From Simkaniaceae bacterium (GTDB lineage: Bacteria > Chlamydiota > Chlamydiia > Chlamydiales > Simkaniaceae): DNA of 57,711 nucleotides. Below are positions 28,840 through 37,713 of this stretch, one piece after another (positions within the stretch are counted from its first letter, which is position 1; every line of letters starts with the position of its first letter). The stretch is from assembly GCA_050248615.1 (NCBI GenBank), contig JBFWSA010000011.1:1-57711 (forward strand), written 5' to 3'. The notes beneath the pieces were generated by a model, which ran no database searches, had not been told where the DNA came from, and saw nothing but the letters and a program-made list of their open reading frames with translations. Position numbers and translations under genes: made by a program.

Positions 28840-29670
28840 GTGGAATTTGAAGTAGATGGAATTAAGATTGGAAGCAAACACCCTCTAGTGGTGATTTCGG
28901 GCCCCTGTGTGATCGAAAGCGAAGAACATGCTCTGAGATGTGCAGAGCAGCTTCAAGAGATGTTTGATAGATGCGGCGTGCAGCTCATCTATAAGGCTAG
29001 CTATGATAAAGCTAATCGTTCCTCTGTAGATTCCTACAGAGGCCCAGGTCTTGAGAAGGGGCTAAAAATTTTACAAAAAGTCAAAGAAACACTCCACCTC
29101 CCTGTTTTTACAGATATTCATCATCCGGAGGAAGCTGCTCCTGCTGCTGAAGTCTGCAGTATCATTCAAATCCCCGCTTTTCTTTGTAGACAAACAGATC
29201 TCCTTTTAGCAGCAGGAAATTCTAAGGCCGCGATAAATATCAAAAAAGGGCAGTTTATGGCTCCCTGGGATATGGAGCATGCTGTCAATAAGGTCCTCTC
29301 CACAGGAAATAAAAAAATCATTCTTACAGATCGAGGAACCTCTTTTGGCTATAACAACTTAGTTTCGGATATGCGGGCCATTCCCATTTTGCAAAAATTT
29401 GGGTTTCCCGTTTGTTTTGATGCCTCTCATTCGGTCCAATTACCTGGGGGGATGGGAGACCAATCGGGGGGACAGCGTGAGTTTATCCCCACCCTTGCCA
29501 AAGCAGCCCTTGCAGCCGGGGCCAACCTCCTCTACATCGAATCTCATCCCAACCCTGAAGCTGCGAAAAGCGATCGACACTCTGTCTTGCCTTATGGAAT
29601 GCTTGAACCTCTCCTTCAAGAGGCAAGTGCCCTTTATGATCTGATTCAAAGAGGCCCTGTATTTTGCTAA
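28840..29670 (+). CDS. kdsA: KDO 8-phosphate synthase
   Basis: GPCVIES, KASYDKANRSS, QIPAFLCRQTDL, KKGQF, FDASHSVQ. Confidence 0.97.
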   Translation: MEFEVDGIKIGSKHPLVVISGPCVIESEEHALRCAEQLQEMFDRCGVQLIYKASYDKANRSSVDSYRGPGLEKGLKILQKVKETLHLPVFTDIHHPEEAAPAAEVCSIIQIPAFLCRQTDLLLAAGNSKAAINIKKGQFMAPWDMEHAVNKVLSTGNKKIILTDRGTSFGYNNLVSDMRAIPILQKFGFPVCFDASHSVQLPGGMGDQSGGQREFIPTLAKAALAAGANLLYIESHPNPEAAKSDRHSVLPYGMLEPLLQEASALYDLIQRGPVFC

Positions 29671-30269
29671 AACGGATCACCTTCTTAGCAACCCTTCTTC
29701 TCCTTGTGATCTCTGGAGGAACCTTTTACTCTATCCTAAAACCTACCGCAAAAGAGCGCAGGGTAGAAGAGATTCTCACTCAAGAAAAAGCCCTCCCTCA
29801 GGAGGGAAAATACCCCACCAAACAGATGCGTAGTGGAGTGACCAAAGACCTTTGGATTCATGATCCCCAAATGGGACGCCTCCACCACCATATTGAAAGC
29901 CCCCGTTCGATCTTAACAGCCTATACTGAAGATAAACACATGCACCTTCTTGAGCAGATGATCGGAATGAAATGCTACCTTCAAGAAAAAATCGAAAAAG
30001 GGGAAGCGGGGGGGATAATTCAACAAATTCGTTACATCGAATCTGAAGAGGGAACCTACCGTTATTCAGATCATCACTTCGAAGCTCACAGCGTTTTTCT
30101 CGCCCTTTTTCGAACACCGGGTGATACCCTTCCCTCAAAATTCAATCTTGAAGAGGCCTTTTTACAAGGGGTTGCCAAAGAGGTTTCCCTCTCCTTTTCT
30201 GAGGATACGCCCCAATTCCATGCCCAAAAGTTCAAAGCTCATATCCGTCCCCAGAGGAATGCTTTATGA
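29664..30269 (+). CDS. Putative LptC-like LPS export protein
   Basis: Single N-terminal TM anchor, beta-rich body, position between kdsA and lptB. Confidence 0.6.
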   Translation: MLKRITFLATLLLLVISGGTFYSILKPTAKERRVEEILTQEKALPQEGKYPTKQMRSGVTKDLWIHDPQMGRLHHHIESPRSILTAYTEDKHMHLLEQMIGMKCYLQEKIEKGEAGGIIQQIRYIESEEGTYRYSDHHFEAHSVFLALFRTPGDTLPSKFNLEEAFLQGVAKEVSLSFSEDTPQFHAQKFKAHIRPQRNAL

Positions 30270-31678
30270 ACGCACTCATCGGCCTCCTAGCCGCTTTAAC
30301 CCCTCTCTTAGCAGAGCTGCCCCCTCAGGAGATGTCTTCCGATCTTTCTTCAGATCGCGCATCCTATGATGGAGAAGTGCTTTACCTCGAAGGAAATGTT
30401 TTCTTAGATCATGAACTCGGCAAAATGGAAGCTTTTTCTGCAACTCTACAAAAATCCCAAAACCTTTCAGACCTCCCCTTTTCACAAATCCATCTAGAAT
30501 CCAAAGTATTTTTAAGCTTTCAAAATCGAGCAGAACTCTTTTGTGATACAGCCCATTTAGATTTTGAAAACTTAATAGGAACCTTTTCTGCTACAGACTA
30601 TCCGGTAGTGTACCGAGATTATTTCGAAGACAAAAACATCTCTTTTGAACTCTTTGGGCAAGAGATCGATCTCATGCTCACCAAAACTGCCGAGGGATGT
30701 GCCGTAGCCTCTCTTTTAGCCAAAGATCATGTTCACATTGACTATGGAACCGATTTTCACTTGGATTCAGATAAAGCTCTCTATCATAGAGAAGGAATCT
30801 TAAAAGCGTTCTCTGATCTCCCTCTAAGCCACTGCCACCTCACCCACCTGGATGACTTTGTAGATGCCCAGGTCATCACAATGGACCTCAATACACGCGT
30901 ACTGGTAATGGAGGGAGTGGATGGGATGGTCTCCCCTTTTTTCTTTCCCGAAATCCCCGAAAGAAAGTGTCACGTCATTGCTAAACGTCTGAGTTGGGAT
31001 GTCATCCACGATACGCTTACCCTAAGAAAAAATATTTCTCTTGAAGATGCCTACATGGGAAAACTTGTCAGCGATGAAACTGTCCGGCTTACCCAAAAAA
31101 ATTACTTTGGAAAAAAAGTCATTCAAACGATGGAAGCTCTGGGGAAAACCGTTCTCACAACTAAAGAAGGTCAACGGATCACTTCTTTTGGGAGTATGAA
31201 ACTCGATCGGGATAACTTAGAGCTACTTTGCGTGAGTCCCACGATTGATGGACAAACCCCAAGAGATGAACAATTCATTTACGAAAAAGAGGATCTCACT
31301 CTTTTCGCTGATAAAGCCTCATTAGAATACTCTCTTCTAGGGTTTAAATTGCAGCCTCATAGGGTTAATTTGCATGGACATGTTCGCATTTTCTCAAAAG
31401 AAGAGGCTCAACCTTTTCGCTGTGGTGTTGCGGATCATATTCAATACAATCCCGTGACTCATGAAATCCGCCTCTATGCCGACAAAGGAAAACACGTTCT
31501 TTTTTGGCATCAAAAACAAAACTTAAAACTCAGCGCTCCTGAAATCCTGATCACAATCGATCCCCAAACCCAGGAAGAAACCATAAACGGAATCGGAACG
31601 GTACGTTTTTCTTTTAATCCAGAAGAGGACCATGAACTCAAAGCCCTCTTTCCTCAATATCAGGTAGAAAAAATATGA
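30266..31678 (+). CDS. Putative LptA/OstA-like periplasmic protein (multi-repeat)
   Basis: Signal peptide; SSDRASYDG-x-LYLEGNV beta-jellyroll-like repeats; upstream of lptB. Confidence 0.65.
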   Translation: MNALIGLLAALTPLLAELPPQEMSSDLSSDRASYDGEVLYLEGNVFLDHELGKMEAFSATLQKSQNLSDLPFSQIHLESKVFLSFQNRAELFCDTAHLDFENLIGTFSATDYPVVYRDYFEDKNISFELFGQEIDLMLTKTAEGCAVASLLAKDHVHIDYGTDFHLDSDKALYHREGILKAFSDLPLSHCHLTHLDDFVDAQVITMDLNTRVLVMEGVDGMVSPFFFPEIPERKCHVIAKRLSWDVIHDTLTLRKNISLEDAYMGKLVSDETVRLTQKNYFGKKVIQTMEALGKTVLTTKEGQRITSFGSMKLDRDNLELLCVSPTIDGQTPRDEQFIYEKEDLTLFADKASLEYSLLGFKLQPHRVNLHGHVRIFSKEEAQPFRCGVADHIQYNPVTHEIRLYADKGKHVLFWHQKQNLKLSAPEILITIDPQTQEETINGIGTVRFSFNPEEDHELKALFPQYQVEKI

Positions 31679-32394
31679 CTTTAAAAGTAAAAAACCTCTC
31701 AAAATCGTATTCAGGGAAAAAAGTTGTAAACGGGCTGACTTTTTCTGTTGATGAAGGTCAAGTTGTAGGACTCCTTGGGCCGAACGGGGCAGGAAAAACA
31801 ACAGCCTTTTATATGGCAATTGGTCTGATTCAACCTGATAAAGGAGAGGTTTTTTTTAAGGAAACAGATGTCACCCATAAACCCGTTCATGCCCGCGCAA
31901 AAATGGGGATGGGGTACTTAGCTCAAGATCCTTCTATTTTTCGTAATCTCACAGTAGAACAAAATATTCTTTGTATTCTAGAAACCCTCCCCATTTCAAG
32001 AGGAGAAAGAAAAAAACGGTTGGAAGCTCTCTTAGAAGAACTTCACCTCTCCCCCTTAGCTAAAAAAAGGGCGGCCACCCTTTCTGGAGGAGAGAGACGC
32101 CGTTTAGAAATCACCCGCTCCCTCGTTACCTCCCCTTCTCTCCTCCTTCTAGACGAGCCCTTTGCGAATATCGATCCTCTCACCATCTACGATGTTAAAC
32201 AAATGATCCGCCACCTCAAGTCTAAAAACATCAGTATCCTCATCACCGATCATAATGCACGAGAGGTCTCCTCCATCGTTGATCACAGCTACCTCATTCA
32301 AGAGGGACGTGTCACCCACTCAGGAACGATCCAAGAGCTGTTACAAAGTAAAGAGGCCCGCTTGACATATTTTGGTGAAGACTTTGAGTTATAG
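31675..32394 (+). CDS. lptB: LPS export ABC transporter ATP-binding protein
   Basis: GLLGPNGAGKTT, LSGGERRRLEI, LLLDEPFANIDP, ILITDHN. Confidence 0.95.
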   Translation: MTLKVKNLSKSYSGKKVVNGLTFSVDEGQVVGLLGPNGAGKTTAFYMAIGLIQPDKGEVFFKETDVTHKPVHARAKMGMGYLAQDPSIFRNLTVEQNILCILETLPISRGERKKRLEALLEELHLSPLAKKRAATLSGGERRRLEITRSLVTSPSLLLLDEPFANIDPLTIYDVKQMIRHLKSKNISILITDHNAREVSSIVDHSYLIQEGRVTHSGTIQELLQSKEARLTYFGEDFEL

Positions 32395-32554
32395 CTGAAT
32401 TAGTTTAAAATAGTAACGATTGGGCAGAAGATTTTCATTGAAAATGAAGCGCGGAGAGCGAAGCTGGCTTCGTGCAAGCCAGTGAGATCGAGCGTAAAAT
32501 TATCGGTGAAAAGATCTGGATGAATTGTTACTATTTTAAACTAATTTAGCTATG
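32390..32554. mobile_element. MITE-like element, family C (~165 bp)
   Basis: TIRs TATAGCTGAATTAGTTTAAAATAGTAAC...GTTACTATTTTAAACTAATTTAGCTATG; central hairpin CTGGCTT/AAGCCAG; contains the stop codons of both flanking genes. Confidence 0.88.
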
Positions 32555-33421
32555 TAATTCTTTTTGAACAAACCGGATGGCCATTTCAGCCACATGCTCA
32601 TGCACTTGATCTCTATTAACTGAAGGATGATCCTCCACAATAGCAGGAGGAAGCTCTCGTTTCCCAAGAGGAGTCGGAGTGTTCATAAAGACAAAATGTC
32701 CTTCATGCCCCTCTAGAATGATAAAAGTGTGATTTTTTAAGTGTTTACTTAAGAAATTCCCCTGTTTTTCTAGTGGTAAAATCTTATCTTCTTTCCCGCT
32801 GACAATAAAAATGGGAGCTGTAACCCTTTTAAGACTCTCCGCATCAAATTCTGCTCCTCGAGGAGCCATGAGAAAGTAGGCTTTAAAGCGGGGATCCTTA
32901 AAGGATTTTACCTCAATTTCTCCACCAGCGAGCCAGATTCCTGTTAAGCCTCCCATAGAAAACCCCACAAAACCTATCCGTTCAGGATCGATATAGGACT
33001 GCAAAGAGGGATTCTCCATCAAATAATCGACTGCTGAGGAAATATCTGCAGGCCTCTGCTCCCAAGGATAGTTTGGGGAGGGATTTTTCCATGTATTTCC
33101 AAAGTGATCAACTGCAGCAACAATATACTCAAACAACTTCAAAAGTTGTTTGAGTATATATCCTTGCTCTACCAGTTTTTTTGCTAGCCACATTTGCTCT
33201 CTTTTCTCCCCTTCCCAACCATGGGAGAATACAATCAAGGGGTGTTTCCCCTCCTGAATGGTTCCCTCTACTACCACATGAGGCTCTTTCCAGACCGTCT
33301 CTTGACAAATCGGATTTCCCTCCTGGGAAGGGTACCACAAAACGATCTCAACAGGACGTTCCTGATTGAAAGCAAAATGATAGAAATTTTGCCCTAATAA
33401 ATTAAAAGGTTTAATAGCCAT
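32546..33421 (-). CDS. Alpha/beta hydrolase (dienelactone hydrolase/PAF-AH-like) with 11-aa in-frame palindrome insertion
   Basis: PLIVFSHG, GFSMGG nucleophile elbow, GKED, GHFVF; GYI[[11 protein letters not shown]]VAAVDH; start uncertain (33421 or 33448). Confidence 0.88.
   Translation of the reverse strand: MAIKPFNLLGQNFYHFAFNQERPVEIVLWYPSQEGNPICQETVWKEPHVVVEGTIQEGKHPLIVFSHGWEGEKREQMWLAKKLVEQGYILKQLLKLFEYIVAAVDHFGNTWKNPSPNYPWEQRPADISSAVDYLMENPSLQSYIDPERIGFVGFSMGGLTGIWLAGGEIEVKSFKDPRFKAYFLMAPRGAEFDAESLKRVTAPIFIVSGKEDKILPLEKQGNFLSKHLKNHTFIILEGHEGHFVFMNTPTPLGKRELPPAIVEDHPSVNRDQVHEHVAEMAIRFVQKELHS
33124..33158. repeat. Minimal family A palindrome (35 bp), in frame within a CDS
   Basis: TATACTCAAACAACTTCAAAAGTTGTTTGAGTATA; net 33 nt after TA duplication. 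Confidence 0.92.
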
Positions 33422-33457
33422 ATTTAAATAATAATTTAAGAGTTTCAAAAACAGAGA

Positions 33458-34537
33458 TTATACCAAAGAGAGATTTTCTGTTTCAAGAAGCTCATGAGCC
33501 GCCTCTAGGATGAGCTGAGCAGGTAGAGAGGTCAAGCAGTCGCTTTTGCCACTTCCTCCACAACCGGGTTGGTAGCACGGACGACAGGTCATCGGGAGAG
33601 TCACGACACGACTTTTAGGGTTACGGTAGGGGCCCCAATTCTCCTCACAAGTGGGACCAAAAATAGCCACGGTGGGTTTTTTAAGGGCACTGGCTAAATG
33701 GAGAGGAACTGAGTCGACGGTGATAAGCATTTTTGCCTTTTCAATGACAGCACCTAGCTCTTTTAGAGAAATCTTACCTGAAAGATCCTGGGCCCCAGGA
33801 GCCAGCTGAGAGATCCGGGCATTCATCGCCATTTCTTCCGGATCAGGGCTTGCTGTAAGGACAACTTTTTCTCCACGCTCGTGTAAATAACGAATCACTT
33901 GAGCTAGCGTTTCCTCGGGCAGGGTTTTAAACATCCAGCGAGACACAGGATGGATGAGAACAAAGGGAGCATCCGGAAGTAAGCTCTCTACCCGTTCTTT
34001 AGCATCCTCTGGGATATGAAAGAACAGATCACGCTCCTCAAAAGAAGGGAAAATGCCCAAAACTCTAAGGGCATCGAGTTGCTTTTCTACAGTATGGCGG
34101 GGGCGGGGCGTATGTTTAATCACATGGGAATAACATTTTTTCTTCCCTTTCATCCCTCCTCCCTGAGGATCAAACCCCACGGCATAAGGAGCGCGTGATG
34201 CTTTTGCTGCAATGGCGCCCCGATCCCCTTCTGTCAAGTTAATGACAAGATCATACCCTCTTTTGCGGATCTTTTTTAATAGACGGATCTCTTCAAAACA
34301 GCGGCGATGGAGGGGGAGCTTTTTCCAGTTTTTTTCATAGAGGAGAAAATTTGAAATAGCGGGATGCCCCTCAAGCATGGGAAGCGTTTCGCTGTAGAGA
34401 TAGCTATCAATTTCTAAATGGGGGTAGTGTTTTTTTAAAATAGAAAACAGAGGGGATGCGAGGAGAACATCTCCATGATGACGGAGCTTCGCCACAAGAA
34501 CTTTTCGAATCTTAGAAAAAGGAAGCCTTGAGTCCAA
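33458..34537 (-). CDS. waaQ: GT9 glycosyltransferase, LPS heptosyltransferase III (RfaQ/WaaQ)-like
   Basis: KLRHHGDVLL, YDLVINLTEGDR, IHPVSRWMFK, DSVPLHLASA, AIFGPT. Confidence 0.8.
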   Translation of the reverse strand: MDSRLPFSKIRKVLVAKLRHHGDVLLASPLFSILKKHYPHLEIDSYLYSETLPMLEGHPAISNFLLYEKNWKKLPLHRRCFEEIRLLKKIRKRGYDLVINLTEGDRGAIAAKASRAPYAVGFDPQGGGMKGKKKCYSHVIKHTPRPRHTVEKQLDALRVLGIFPSFEERDLFFHIPEDAKERVESLLPDAPFVLIHPVSRWMFKTLPEETLAQVIRYLHERGEKVVLTASPDPEEMAMNARISQLAPGAQDLSGKISLKELGAVIEKAKMLITVDSVPLHLASALKKPTVAIFGPTCEENWGPYRNPKSRVVTLPMTCRPCYQPGCGGSGKSDCLTSLPAQLILEAAHELLETENLSLV

Positions 34538-34617
34538 AGAATACCTTATCTATAACGGAGCTAAAAACCCCTTCAGTATGCAGCTTCCTTACCCTTTTGA
34601 ACCAGAAAAAAAAGGAT

Positions 34618-35364
34618 TTAATCCCCGCACAGCCACCTAATAAAACGGTTTTCTAGTGTATTGGGACGGCTATAGTCGTATTCCAATCCATAATATTGCA
34701 TATAGAGCTCCGTAATGCGATCTCCCACATCCCCACTACGCCACGTTTCATAAGAGTCTTTGCTAACAACAAAGCTCACAATAAAAAGACCGATTTCACA
34801 AACAATGGCAACGGCAACATGATAGATGCAACGGGCAATAAAGATTCCCTTGGTAAAAATCCCCCATTCCCCCTTGTACTCGGGATCTCTCGCTTGACTT
34901 CCTTTCACTTGAGCGTTCCAATTATCAAAACAATTCCTTTCTCCATCAGGTTTCTTATCATCCTGCAGTTTAGCCTGATAGATAACTCTTAGATACTCGG
35001 GAACAAGGGCTGTAAAATGACTATGACACCCCGAAACAAGATCGTCAAAATCTTGTGTTTGATCCTCTTCATACTTTTTCCAAACACGTTGGTACTCTGG
35101 ATTGCGGACCATATCTCCGGCAACGCAACTTCCTTTTAAAATCTCATGTCCACGATTATGTAATGCAGACATACAACGGAACTCACCTGCTTGGTTGAAG
35201 TTCCAGGCTAAAATATGATCCCTTGTTTGATTACGAAATAACCCTTCAAAACATCCCTTGCTATAATTACAACCACACATTTCATTCGTTACAGGATTTT
35301 GCTCTGTTAACTCACATGTATGGCCAACACAAACTTGACAGTGAAACCTATCTAAAATAGCCAT
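34618..35364 (-). CDS. Hypothetical protein with Cys-rich RING-like N-terminus and C-terminal hydrophobic segment
   Basis: CQVC...CGCNYSKGC...FRCM; long hydrophobic stretch GIFIARCIYHVAVAIVCEIGLFIVSFVVS. Confidence 0.7.
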   Translation of the reverse strand: MAILDRFHCQVCVGHTCELTEQNPVTNEMCGCNYSKGCFEGLFRNQTRDHILAWNFNQAGEFRCMSALHNRGHEILKGSCVAGDMVRNPEYQRVWKKYEEDQTQDFDDLVSGCHSHFTALVPEYLRVIYQAKLQDDKKPDGERNCFDNWNAQVKGSQARDPEYKGEWGIFTKGIFIARCIYHVAVAIVCEIGLFIVSFVVSKDSYETWRSGDVGDRITELYMQYYGLEYDYSRPNTLENRFIRWLCGD

Positions 35365-35498
35365 TTTTTACCCCTAACAGTTAGTTGAAGCCAAAATTTC
35401 CCACGAAGTGTAAAAGTTTTCTTTTAAAAACGCAAGTAGAGAATTGTCATTTATGCCCCAACCCTATATAATGTTTTTCCCACAAAAATGAAAATAGG

Positions 35499-35930
35499 AT
35501 GACTATGCCAAACGAAAGAACTTTATCGATTATTAAACCCGATGCTGTTAGCAAAAATCATATCGGAGATATTCTATCACGCTTTGAAAAAGCAGGACTT
35601 AAAATTATCGCTGCAAAAATGCTCCATTTAAGCCAAGAGCAAGCAGAAGGATTTTACGCCATTCACCGCGCAAGACCTTTCTTCAAGGACTTAGTCGACT
35701 TCATGATCTCTGGTCCTGTTTTGATTTCGGTTCTAGAAGGTAAAAACGCGATTGCTAAAAATCGGGATCTTATGGGAGCCACAAACCCAGCAGAAGCAGC
35801 ACCCGGCACAATCCGCGCCGATTTTGCAGAAACGATTGATGCCAATGCTGTCCATGGATCAGATAGTTCTGAGACAGCAAAAACAGAAGTGTGCTTTTTC
35901 TTTAAAGAGAGTGAGCTTTTTTCTCGCTAA
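35499..35930 (+). CDS. ndk: Nucleoside diphosphate kinase
   Basis: [32 protein letters not shown]. Confidence 0.98.
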   Translation: MTMPNERTLSIIKPDAVSKNHIGDILSRFEKAGLKIIAAKMLHLSQEQAEGFYAIHRARPFFKDLVDFMISGPVLISVLEGKNAIAKNRDLMGATNPAEAAPGTIRADFAETIDANAVHGSDSSETAKTEVCFFFKESELFSR

Positions 35931-36118
35931 TCTGAAAATCCACTCCCCGGAGAAGGGGCAAACTGCTTGGTTTTATTCTCTTTTTGATACGAACCTACTC
36001 TTCATTCCTATTAAGAGAAACTAAACGAAACAAGACCCTTCGATAAATGACAGGGATGAATTAAATCTCTTTAACAAAAAAAGAGGGCAAGACACCTTCC
36101 TTTATGCCGAAGAAAAAG

Positions 36119-36153
36119 TATACTCAAACAACTTTTGAAGTTGTTTGCATATA
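36119..36153. repeat. Minimal family A palindrome (35 bp)
   Basis: TATACTCAAACAACTTTTGAAGTTGTTTGCATATA. Confidence 0.85.
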
Positions 36154-36155
36154 TC

Positions 36156-36278
36156 TATAGCTAAAGTTGTTTAAAATGGGGACGATTTAAGAGAGATGTT
36201 TTTGTTGGATTTTGACTTCTTAAAATCGAAACCATTGTCCATTAGACAAAGAAAGATTTTAAGAAGTCGAAGGACAAC
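36156..36278. mobile_element. MITE family B, truncated copy (right TIR missing)
   Basis: TATAGCTAAAGTTGTTTAAAATGGGGA...GATTTTAAGAAGTCGAAGGACAAC colinear with 37034-37201. Confidence 0.85.
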
Positions 36279-36281
36279 TGA

Positions 36282-36854
36282 TTAATGGTCGTGATGGAAA
36301 TCTCTACCTTTGCGATTTTGCTGAAAGTTGTGATCTTCTTGCTGAAAATGAGGATGATTAGCAGAAGGAGAGTGATCATGAGAGGGAAATTGTCCTGAAT
36401 GGTGGGGCCAACTTTTTTGATTTTTATAGGGAAAATTAGGATCATTCTTGTGTTTATTATAATAGTTGTTCCATTTTTGATTCCATGTATTGTGCCAATA
36501 ATTATTCCAATGATTGTTCCAATTCACATTTTTAACATAAACATTGGTGTGTCCATCCCAATAATAACCATTGTGTCCAACCCAATATCCATCCCACCAC
36601 ATGAAACCCATCATAAAAAGAGTAAAATAAATACTGGCATTCTCTCCTTGACTTGCACTTCCAACATCAACTTGCTGATTTTGAGGGTTATAAGGAAAAA
36701 CTTGTTGGCTCATATTTCCATTCCCATCAACAATGATTGCATTGACTTGGCTTGAAGTCGTTGTAATATTCGTAGCCCCTTCAATATTGATAACATCTCC
36801 AAACAAATTCATAGAACTTGTGATGAATAGGACAGATAAAATTTTTTTAAACAT
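36282..36854 (-). CDS. Secreted low-complexity W/N/H-rich protein
   Basis: Signal peptide MFKKILSVLFITSSMNLFG; WWDGYWVGHNGYYWDG, WNNHWNNYWHNTWNQKWNNYY, His-rich tail. Confidence 0.78.
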   Translation of the reverse strand: MFKKILSVLFITSSMNLFGDVINIEGATNITTTSSQVNAIIVDGNGNMSQQVFPYNPQNQQVDVGSASQGENASIYFTLFMMGFMWWDGYWVGHNGYYWDGHTNVYVKNVNWNNHWNNYWHNTWNQKWNNYYNKHKNDPNFPYKNQKSWPHHSGQFPSHDHSPSANHPHFQQEDHNFQQNRKGRDFHHDH

Positions 36855-37033
36855 CTATTTTACCTTTGTATCGACATATTCTTTCTATATACCCAAGTTA
36901 AGACCAATGATCTCAAGTTGCTACCTCTCAAAATCAAAAACAGATTAAGAGTGTTAAGCTCCTAAATTGCATTCTAACTAAGTGCAGTTACCCTGTCAAA
37001 GTCTTTTCCATACTTTAATAAGTTCATGGAGAG

Positions 37034-37201
37034 TATAGCTAAAGTTGTTTAAAATGGGGATGATTGAGACAGGTATTTTGATAGATTTTAGCTTCATAAA
37101 ATCGAAATCCTAGTCCAGTAGACAAGGAGGGATTTTAAGAAGTCGAAGGACAACAGAAAGATCTGTCTAAATCATCCCCATTTTAAACAACTTTAGCTAT
37201 A
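37034..37201. mobile_element. MITE family B, full length (168 bp)
   Basis: Perfect 32-bp TIRs TATAGCTAAAGTTGTTTAAAATGGGGATGATT...AATCATCCCCATTTTAAACAACTTTAGCTATA. Confidence 0.93.
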
Positions 37202-37269
37202 GATAGATTCGTCAAAACGTTCGATGCACAGAATCATGTTCCCATGGGTCAATCCGAAAATAATATTGT

Positions 37270-37713
37270 CTAATGATTTAACAAGATTGTCACAGGTCCA
37301 TCATTGACAAGCTCCACTTGCATGTAGGCTCCAAATTGTCCTGTCGCCACATGCTTTTCCCCCACCGCCTTTTTGAGCTCCTGAATGAACAGTTCATAGA
37401 GCCTTTCCGCTTCCTGGGGAGGCATAGCTTCGGTAAAAGAGGGGCGACGCCCTGTTTGACAATTACCATAAAGAGTGAACTGTGAAACGACAAGAATCTC
37501 TCCCATAACATCTCTGACGGAAAGATTCATCTTCCCCTCTTGATCTTCAAAAATTCTCAAGTTGGCGACTTTTTCAACTAACCAAGGAATTTTGGCTGCC
37601 TCATCTGCACGATGGATTCCCAAAAATAGCAAAAGTCCTCTACCAATCTCCCCCACTACTTGATTTTCCACGGTGACTTTTGCTTTATTCACACGTTGTA
37701 ACAAAGCTTTCAC
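37270..37713 (-). CDS. dtd: D-aminoacyl-tRNA deacylase
   Basis: QRV, LRIFED, SQFTL, GRRPSF, NDGPVT. Confidence 0.97.
   Translation of the reverse strand: MKALLQRVNKAKVTVENQVVGEIGRGLLLFLGIHRADEAAKIPWLVEKVANLRIFEDQEGKMNLSVRDVMGEILVVSQFTLYGNCQTGRRPSFTEAMPPQEAERLYELFIQELKKAVGEKHVATGQFGAYMQVELVNDGPVTILLNH

Noticed and set aside
36242..36755. Ile-rich ORFs 36242-36445 and 36399-36755
   Set aside because: Out-of-frame or antisense readings of the low-complexity W/N/H gene
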